Source: Toensbergia leucococca
Taxonomy: Eukaryota
Direction of reading: 5' to 3'
Assembly (NCBI GenBank): GCA_022813965.1
Contig: JALDZS010000216.1
Location: 1 to 37,099 of the forward strand
Length of the DNA stretch: 37,099 nucleotides
Shown here: positions 27,912 through 37,099 of the stretch, one piece after another
Layout: each line of letters begins with the position of its first letter
Numbering within the stretch: the first letter of the stretch is position 1
The notes under the pieces: generated by a model
The model's input: the letters and a program-made list of their open reading frames with translations, nothing else
The model's database searches: none
Told to the model about the DNA's origin: nothing
Program-made: the position numbers and the translations under genes

Positions 27912-28964
27912 ATGACTTCCCCGTGGACACATAACTGTCAGCACTGCGGTGCCTGTACAGAAGCGCAGCAGAATCTCTCAGGCTTGTCTGAAATCCCTGG
28001 TTGCGCCAACGTATGATCTCTCCCTTCCCACCCAAGTTTTGTCGCTGATTGATGAATAAAGTGTGGCCTTACTGCACATGAAGGTCACCACAAACTACAG
28101 GATGAACTGGCAAGCCTCTTCTCTCACAACATGGATCTCTCAAATACCAACCACGATGGGGTCACCCGTATGACGGAGATCAGTGCTCCTACACAAGCTC
28201 CCGAGTCTCTAGAGAAGCCCCCGATTCAATACAATATCTCTCAACACTATCATCATTCTGCACACCTAGTGCCGCCGGTGTCGTCTTCCCAGGCATCTGA
28301 CACCACTGCTGATTCGCCTTCTTCATCGATCAAAGCCTCCTCAAAGTACATTCTCTCTCAACATGACGTTGACCCTTCATCCCTCTTACCGTCGCAACTC
28401 ACTTTATTTGAGCAGGCGGATACTGATCAGCAATTGCGGCTCATTGAGCTTTGGCGTATCTCTCCACCTGACTTTGTGAGGTACAGGGCTGAGGATATTG
28501 CAGATGATCTAGGTAAATGGCAGCACACGACACTGGAGCGAGAGGAAGAGATGGCGAGGCTAAGATACGAGAGAAATATCTTAGCGGATGAGCGTTATGA
28601 CGAAGAAATCCAAGTGGATAAAGATTGTGTCAGTATTCCGGCGAGCAACTTTGGTGGTGACAGCCAGCAGGTCGCAGAGCCATACATCACGTACGGCTAC
28701 GAACATCTAGCACAGCGGGACTATGATCAGCATGCGGAAGAGTCATCTGATAGGGCCACATTTGTTTCTATTGGATCTACTCTTGGTGACCAATATGGAC
28801 AGGGTGCGCACTCAGCCTATCAGGGCAAGGAGTGGTGGCAAAATTTTGTCAATCAACAATCGATGGAGCACCAGTATGGCTTATTTGACCAAATCAACCA
28901 ATTCCGGCCAGAGCCGGAAACTTCTGCCGATATACATGATTTGCAGGACGAGGAAATGCTTTAG
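27912..28964 (+). CDS. Hypothetical protein with a Cys-rich N-terminal exon (intron 28011-28061)
   Basis: Exon MTSPWTHNCQHCGAC...PGCAN followed by GTATGA...GCTGAT...AAG splices in frame to CGLTAHEG...QDELASLFS and the 277-aa ORF (YNISQHYHHSAH; LLPSQLTLFEQA...QLRLIELWRISPP; AEPYITYGYE). Confidence 0.7.
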
Positions 28965-30141
28965 GATGGATTATGGTTGGTATTAGCTAGATACCCTTGG
29001 CAGATTTTCAGTTCTTCCCCTCCCAGCATCTGCGTATATTGCTTATTGCATCGTCATGAAAACATCAGGATCTCTTAACGGAGAGCCCAGCCAATATAAA
29101 GGTGAGTCTGTCCGACGCATCTGCTTTGCAGAATACAACTGTAGGCACTCCATCATCCCCTTTCCTGCATAACGTCCTAACAACAGGCATTTACCTCGCT
29201 CCGATGGCGTCTCTTCCAATAAGTCGTTATCAACATGATGACGCTGCAGATGAACACTCATATCCCGATGTGGAGTCTGCCCATAGACTATGTAAGTATT
29301 TCCTCAGAATGCATCCTGGCTTGTCTCCTGTAATCGCGTGTACCTTCATTCCTTCTTTTGTCGATTGTAAATATATAGAATTTTGAGCTACAAAGCCTTC
29401 AAATCGATCGATCCATCTCAAGCATGATCCTTTCAAAGCTCATTACGATATCAGCATTATTACGCCTCTGACATAGCTCATCATTCGTGAAATGGCAAGC
29501 ATGGACTAGTCTGAAGAGGGTGTATCATTGTTACGATGCTCCGCAGAGAGCCAAATAATATCCTAGACTACTAATAGACGAACACCGGAAGAAAAGAGGG
29601 CTGACTTAGACTGAATCCTTGTCCGGCTCCAAAAGGTCTCAAACAATACCCAAAAAAATTCCATGCGTGCCGAAGAAAACTAAATAAATACCAAAGTAAA
29701 AAGTGTTCGTACCGACGCCCGCACGTCGATGTAATAAAAGAAGGTGTCTAAATGAAAACATGATGCTGATCAATGCGTGCCATGTAGCCATCGTGTTTGG
29801 TGACCTGTACCCTAATATCCACTACATCGTGCTCAATAAATATGGATGATTTAATGTATGCCGAAGTTGATATGTCCGAAGTTAGGGTGCATATGTGATG
29901 TAGTAGGACTCGAGCTGTCGAAAAGGGAGTGACTAGCCATCAGGCAGACTTGTGACAGGGCCAGCGAGAAGCAGATCTGGAAGCAGAATGTGCCAAAAAA
30001 AACGAGAATACGCGGAGAAACGCCGAAGGAAAAATTGTCCAAAACTTAGTGTAGAAGAAAGGAAGTCGACTAGTCGTATTGAGTACCAAGGATGCTGCCG
30101 GAATTGGTTTGAGATTGTCGGTGCCCACATGAATAATACCC

Positions 30142-30737
30142 CTATATCTTTGCAATAACAGCGGAGAGGTTCTCGAGTGCACGCTTGTGCTTGGTGCAGG
30201 GCTCGCCGGGGCGGTAACAGAAGTGATGGAAAGCTTCTGCGTCTGGCTCTGGGATTGCAGCTGGCTGTGCAATGGCTTCAGCAACAGCTTCGGCTGCACG
30301 CTTGACCTTGGCGCAGGGCTCGCCCGGGCGGTAGCAGAAGTGGTGGAAGGCTTCTATAAGGAGACGTTAGCTTGATTTCCAGATAAAGGGGGAAAGGAGA
30401 TATGTTTACCAGCATCAGCATCTGGGGCTGGGTTGGCAGATGCATGTGCTTCAGCGACAGCTTCTGCGAGAGCGAGAGCATCACGCTTGGCCTTAGCGCA
30501 GGGCTCGCCAGGCCTGTAGCAGAAGTGATGGAAGGCCTCTGCTGAGGCGTCCGGGAGAGGTGCTGCGAGAGCTTCTGCGACAGCCTCCGCAGCGCGCTTC
30601 ATCTTAGAGCAGGGTTCGCCATCACGGTTACAGAATTGGCTGATCGCCTCTGCGTCAGGTGCTGGCCCTGGAGCCGCAGCTGCTTGAACGGAAGCCACAG
30701 CCAGAAGGGCAGCGTAGATGATCGAAGTGACCTTCAT
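30142..30737 (-). CDS. ppgA: Alpha-factor-like mating pheromone precursor (ppgA/ppg1/ccg-4 type), 179 aa, 2 exons (intron 30354-30409)
   Basis: Signal peptide MKVTSIIYAALLAVASVQA and four repeats ending in KR: ISQFCNRDGEPCSKMKR, FHHFCYRPGEPCAKAKR, FHHFCYRPGEPCAKVKR and FHHFCYRPGEPCTKHKR. Each is preceded by an unbroken X-A/X-P dipeptide run. The intron GTAAAC...GCTAAC...TAG restores the frame. Confidence 0.9.
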
Positions 30738-30893
30738 GTTGAACGGTTGAGAATAGTTGAAGTGAGTTCTTGATAGATATCCAAAGAGAGTGACAGCGTC
30801 TAAAGAAGGGCAGCTGGGTAGAAGTTGAAGTGAGATGTAACGAAGGTTTTGGTGAGGAAAGGGAAGGTAATTTTATCGAGGTGACTTTAGGAC

Positions 30894-30900
30894 TCTTATA
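30894..30900 (-). promoter_or_regulatory. Putative TATA box (TATAAGA) of the pheromone precursor gene
   Basis: The minus strand reads TATAAGAG about 160 bp upstream of the ATG, followed by a pyrimidine-rich 5' leader. Confidence 0.5.
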
Positions 30901-30960
30901 CAATCTGGCATATCGGTAAACAATATTCCGTCGCCAATAGGATGTGAAAAGTGAAGCATC

Positions 30961-31064
30961 TTTGTCAATAAGGGTTTGTGGTTGTCAAAAAGAAATGTGA
31001 TGACAGTGATCGATGGAGAACTTGATCAATAAAGGCTTTGGCTGACGATTGATTTGTCAATAAG
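30961..31064 (-). promoter_or_regulatory. Cluster of TTATTGA motifs (CTTATTGAC in two copies), putative MAT1-1-1 (alpha-box) binding sites
   Basis: TTTGTCAATAAG occurs exactly twice (30961-30972, 31053-31064), with ATCAATAAA (31025-31033) and GTCAAAAAG (30984-30992) nearby. All lie 220-330 bp upstream of the pheromone ATG. Confidence 0.6.
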
Positions 31065-32698
31065 AATTCAGATCAAAGTTATCATGCAGAATAAGGGAAG
31101 TCTCTTGATGAACATTCAGAACAGTGCCATCTACCTGTTGATGGCGGTACTTGAAAGAAATGAAATAATTCAGATTACGAGCCTCGAGTCTTGCACAGTA
31201 CGATTCTGGTAAAGACGTGAGTAACAATGACCCAGCTGCGTGCCATCAGACAGTCAAGATAAACAGTGGTTCTCTAATCTCAGAGTCCTCTCCTCAGGCC
31301 TGGCATAACAGCGTCAGCTATCCATTTCTTGATCAACTCTTGATCCCCGGCAAGTAGGTTATCTGGCATTGAACTGACCAAAATCTCTCTAGGACAGATG
31401 ATTCTTTATACTGATCTCAAAGGAGATAGTAGCTAACAATCAGAAAGCGCTTCGGATCTATTCATGTTTTGGCGTGATGTTGAGTTATTGATACCCTAAT
31501 CCGGTTGATATCAACACTAGGCTCAATTAGGCGAGATTGATATGTTATTGATGCAATCTTCTACAATTGGCATTTCATGTATCCCGCGGAGGAAATTGAA
31601 TAGTTATGTCATATTGATGATCAGAGTGGAATAACGTGAGTGGTTGTTAATGCGTGGCTTCCTGAGAGTCCTGTTGTTAATGATGCTACCTTGGAGGCCT
31701 GATTAGCCGTATCGCCAATATTTCATCTTCTACTTCACCGGGGTCCCAAATTCTTTGTTAAGCACCTAGACGAAGCTGGCCTCCATCAAGATGACTTTCA
31801 ATCGCCATTGACGGCAATTAGGACCAAATGAAAAAGAGTGATATCACACAAAATTAAAAGCGTATCATCTGCTTTCAGTGAGCTTCAGTGATCTTCAGGA
31901 GCTCTTTTAGGTTTGCAAGGTAAGTTGCCATCGTGAAAGGATGAAAACCTTGATGTGATAGGCGAAACGAATACTACATGAACTATAGAGATTGACAGAT
32001 TCTCCATATGAAAAACACAAGAACAACGCTTGCACTCAAGAGCACTGGTTTGTGGGAATGAAAGAGATAGAGGATGCGCAACACATCTTTGAGGCGACTA
32101 AACCAACACCCAAATGGCCGGCATGTCAATCCTGGTGAGCAGACGATCGGAAAAAGAATTCAGCTTCTACACACTTCAGAGACGGAAGTGAGTCTTCAGA
32201 AAAGTCTTGCGGCACTACCTTTGCAAGTATTGCAAGATCTTCAAAACCCACGACTATGTTGAGCTATTATTAGCCAGTAGGCTTCAACAATAGCGATTGC
32301 TTAGATCAGATCCTGAAAGCGCAACTCGCAACGTTCATTCAGAGATAGACGGCTAAGTGAGCATGAAAAACTGCGACCGAAGTCATTGATAGCTTCTTCT
32401 TATAATCATCAACCTGGCCAACAAAGATACTCAAACAATTCCGTGGAGCATTCAGCAAAGAAGTCTTCAGACTTTGTAGGCTGTGAGTAAGGTAGCTGGC
32501 TTGGTAGGAGATAGGAGATAGGTAGTGAGAAGGAGGCGGGATGTTCCGAGGTTCCATCATTCTATGCTGTCATGCAAGTCATTCCGCGTGCGTTTGGCGC
32601 TAGCGCTTTCTTGCCGCTGCTAATCCTGGGAAACTCAACAGCAGGGTCGAAATGACAATCTCAATCGATAGTTTTCATCCTGAATCACCCTCAAGATC

Positions 32699-34141
32699 AT
32701 GTCGTGTAGCTCTACTCGCAGCGCTGCACAGGTAAGGCGCAACGTTGTCCTAATTCAATTACAAACTTTGGCTGACAGTCCATTTATTTATCAGTCTCTC
32801 CTGCGGGGAACTAGGCCTTCACAGCGATGGCTCAAAACTCCGGTTTCCATCAGGAGTATGTAATTTGCAAGCTAAAGATTACAGAACCAATTCATTAACA
32901 TGGATTCGCAGCCATGGCCACTGTCCAAGCCGACATCTTCAAGCCAACTAAATACGGTGGCAAATACACTGCAACCCTAATACCAGGTATGCCTTCGGGA
33001 GCGTCTTTGGTACACACCACCCAAATTGCCATGCTCATGCAGCTTAGGGGATGGAATTGGCGCAGAAGTCGCAGAATCAGTCAAAACAATATACAAGGCC
33101 GATAATGTACCTATTCAGTGGGAACAAATCGACGTTTCAGGTGTAGAGTCGGGGGACAAGCATTCAGAGGAGCTCTTTCGAGAATCTATCGCCTCCTTGA
33201 AACGAAATAAGCTGGGTCTCAAGGGTAGGTATCTTCAAGGTGGTTGGCCAGAGACAGAGCTAAATTTTAAAGGCATATTGCACACTCCTGTTGAACGATC
33301 CGGGCATCAGTCATTCAATGTTGCTCTACGGCAAGAACTCGACATCTATGCCTCAATAGTCCTAATCAAGAACATTCCCGGCTACAAAACCCGCCACAAT
33401 AACGTGGATCTCTGCATTATCCGTGAGAATACCGAAGGCGAGTACTCCGGTCTAGAGCACCAGTCTGTCGAAGGCGTTGTTGAGTCACTTAAGATCATCA
33501 CCCGCGCTAAGTCAGAGCGTATCGCCAAATTTGCATTTAGCTTTGCTCTTGCAAACAACAGAAAGAAGGTCACCTGCATCCACAAGGCCAATATTATGAA
33601 GCTAGCCGATGGACTTTTTAGAAATACGTTCCAAAAAGTAGCTCTAGACTATCCAACACTAGAAGTCAATGACATGATCGTCGATAATGCTTCGATGCAG
33701 GCGGTCTCGAGACCACAGCAATTCGATGTCATGGTCATGCCGAACCTTTACGGTGGTATTCTCTCTAATGTAGGAGCTGCACTGGTGGGAGGCCCGGGCA
33801 TTGTACCAGGATGTAACATGGGCCGAGATGTTGCAGTATTCGAGCCTGGGTGTAGACATGTCGGTCTTGACATCAAGGGAAAGGATCAGGCAAATCCTAC
33901 CGCAATGATTCTATCCGGTTCAATGCTTTTGCGCCACCTAGGGTTGGATGACCATGCGAACCGCATCTCCAAAGCGGTTTACGATGTTATTGGTGAGGGG
34001 TTGGTCATACCTTATGTGTCGTAGATTTAGCATTCGGACTGACATGAGCGCAGGAAATCAAGGACTCGGGACATGGGTGGGAACAACACCACTCATGAGT
34101 TCACGCGAGCAGTGCTGGATAAGATGGAAGCAAGCGGCTGA
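32699..34141 (+). CDS. IDH1: Mitochondrial NAD-dependent isocitrate dehydrogenase subunit 1, 6 exons
   Basis: Presequence MSCSSTRSAAQ|SLLRGTR...IR|TMATVQADIFKPTKYGGKY, LIP|GDGIG, SFNVALRQELD, RENTEGEYSGLEH, HKANIMKLADG, PNLYG, FEPGCRHVGLDI and ...TRDMGG...*. Confidence 0.94.
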
Positions 34142-34328
34142 GCTATGTAAGGATGAACGTGTACATAGCCACAGGATACCGATACAAGATAGCAAGGAGA
34201 CATGTTCGAATCTTGGGGTCAATATTCACGGCCCCTTTTCAGAATAATGGGTCAATATTCAAGTATGCATATGCGTGCCTAGTTCGTATTAACACCAACA
34301 GCGCCTCGCTAAATAACAGAAGCCATGA

Positions 34329-35223
34329 CTAGAATACTGGACCTCGCCGACGACCCGTGTATCTTGATGAGTGCTTGACTACTTTTCCCCTTTTCTCCAT
34401 AAGCTCCTTCTTCCTCAAGATCCAAGCCTTGCTCCCCTTCTGCTCTTCTCTCTTCCGACCATTTTTGACCCTCCGTCTCCCATCTACAATATCCACATCA
34501 GTCATCCCCCTCACCACGCCTGTGATGTCTCCTTGCATGTTTCCCCCGCCCACGGTTAACACCAGGTATAGCTTGCTGTTCTTCGTTCCCGGATCATCTT
34601 CCAGTATTCCGGCCCCAAATCCTGCCTTGATGGCTGCCGAACTGATCATACTTTTCTGCGCCTCGTTTTTCGGATAGAATTGACAAACTGCTCTTCCTCC
34701 GCGTCGTAAACTTGCATAAAGCCCATTGAAGAATCTAGATAGTCGGCTCTGCGGGCTGACGTCACTGCTCTCGGCGTTGCAGAGCCATTGAATGGCGCTA
34801 ACGCTGATTGCAGCGTCGAAAGTTCCTGGCCTAAATGGAATACCTTGACCAACGTCCGCAAGCATGAGGTCACCTTCCACATCTCGTTGGAGGGCGATGT
34901 CAAGCATTGATGCAGATATATCCATGCCGACCCAGTTGTGAGGGCCTCCATTCATAGGACCAGTGTCTGAAAGGATCTCGCCTGAGAGACCCGAGCCACA
35001 GCCTATGTCGAGAATCAGGGACGGCAAAGTCAGGGCGAGAAGCTCGAGGACACGCTGCGCCATCTCCGACTGTACATTTTGGATACGAGAGGAGGTGGTA
35101 TATTTGCGAGACTCATTGTCGTTATAAAACAGATCAGGAGGGCTATTGGTGTCAGCCTCGGAATGCGTGAGTAGGATAGAGGCAACGATTCATGACGTAC
35201 AGGTTATCCTCGGGGCGAGACAT
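34329..35223 (-). CDS. BUD23: 18S rRNA m7G methyltransferase Bud23/WBSCR22, 2 exons
   Basis: MSRPEDNL|PPDLFYND.ESRKYT.SSR, ILDIGCGSGLSG, GMDIS, FDAAISVSAIQWLCNA, QFYPKN, WILRKKE and SRYTGRRR. Confidence 0.95.
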
Positions 35224-35426
35224 AAGATAGTCTTGGTGGGCTTCAGTTCACAGTGATATTCCCATGGCTAATAGTGAAGTGCAATATCATATAGGAATTT
35301 TGTGCAAAGTGCCTTCGCGCATGAGCCGGAGGTTATTTTCTGCCGAGTCCGAAGGCGGTCAAGGCTCTGGACCAAGAACACATTTCCACTCTTGTGATAC
35401 CAAATGATAAATACAAATCGAGCGAT

Positions 35427-36259
<833 letters not shown>

Positions 36260-37099
36260 CCTACATCTGTTTACGCTGGTAGGATTGCATCGTTACAACC
36301 ATAAACGATTGCAGACTTCGACCAAGCAGAACCTCAAGGAAAGCATATCTCAAGTATCAGTGACAGTCTGATTCGAATGCGCGCTTATCTCAGTTCAATC
36401 TTTGATCGTTTCAAGAAGATCTACCCTTGGGCTCTCTTCTTCGGGCGCCTTGAGGCTATTCCTCATAATATACGGACCCAAAGACACCCAAGGGAATACA
36501 TCATGGTTCTAGATGAGCCTGTGTTAAAGTCCGACAATGCAATGTAGGTGTTAGATCACCTGACTCACCGTCTACTACTTCTTATCCTCAGTAGGACACT
36601 TCGTGCTCTGAACGGGCTCTCTTGAATTGTATTGAGTTGACTTCACTCAACGCTCAGTCTCGTGGATCTTCTGCAAGGACAACATGCTTGCTTCCCTTTC
36701 CAGTCTTCCATATAATATTCGTCTCCGTCCTTGATGAGTAGCTCTGGGGTGGCTGCCCTCAGGTCGTTTCTTTTAATCCGCTTGCAGCATAGAACCAAGA
36801 TGGTACGGATTATTCTAGAATCCTTCACCATACACCGTGATGCATTGACAGATCGGGTCTAGCGCCTCGCCTAGCCCCACACACATATACCTTAGAGGAG
36901 TTATATGAGAGGTTTGAGCGATAATTTTACAAGATATTAACAGTCAAAGGTATCAGCATTGTCAACTGTTAAACCGTAAAAGATATCTTTGAAAATGTGA
37001 ACGCATTTTCATGACAATGTTATAATGATAATAGCGATCATCAAGCATAGCGTCTGTATGTGTTGTGCGCTTTCAAGTAACAATGATGCTATTGTAGGT

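Noticed and set aside
28965..30141. Small ORFs between the hypothetical gene and ppgA as a possible a-factor (CaaX) pheromone gene
   Set aside because: None of the listed ORFs ends in a CaaX motif or shows repeats. The region is consistent with two convergent 3' UTRs. ORFs under 60 aa were not exhaustively checked.
30142..30737. Precursor of a fungal RiPP (dikaritin/ustiloxin-type) cluster
   Set aside because: There are no DUF3328/UstYa, tyrosinase, P450 or transporter genes nearby. The Cys-x6-Cys G-x-P-C core, Ste13-type spacers and promoter motifs fit an alpha-pheromone better.
32339..32560. 73-aa minus-strand ORF between ppgA and IDH1
   Set aside because: No recognisable motif and no convincing splice extension. 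It is probably promoter sequence, although a small orphan gene cannot be excluded without RNA data.
36643..36831. 62-aa minus-strand ORF near the window end
   Set aside because: No recognisable family and no coherent exon chain. The 36260-37099 region is left unannotated.

Overview
Gene-dense, intron-rich eukaryotic DNA from a filamentous ascomycete (Pezizomycotina). Evidence: short 45-100 bp GT-AG introns with CTRAY branch sites and typical fungal housekeeping genes. I cannot assign the class from sequence alone. I reconstruct 21 protein-coding genes: a class-3 lipase, SDH6, an FAH-family hydrolase, the 20S proteasome subunits PRE4, PRE7 and PRE10, an HCNGP/SAP30BP-like protein, PNO1, MDM31, a SAM methyltransferase, LSM6, a Rad60/Esc2-like SUMO-like-domain protein, TRM112, SET1, GFA1, RIB4, a hypothetical protein, an alpha-factor-like pheromone precursor, IDH1, BUD23 and SVP26. 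The main highlight is the two-exon pheromone precursor (30142-30737, minus), which the ORF track truncates. It encodes four Kex2-flanked Cys-x6-Cys peptides separated by perfect X-Ala/X-Pro spacers. Three have the unusual His-rich, Trp-less form FHHFCYRPGEPC and one is a divergent ISQFCNRDGEPC. Its promoter carries a cluster of TCAATAA motifs. The second highlight is an intact 544-bp fold-back MITE with about 210-bp TIRs and an 8-bp TSD, plus a diverged relative at the window start. Smaller observations include a GC-AG intron, frequent AAG acceptors, a recurrent intergenic TACGGAGTA motif and five head-to-head gene pairs with about 200-230 bp spacers. All exon structures were inferred by eye and no database searches were run.
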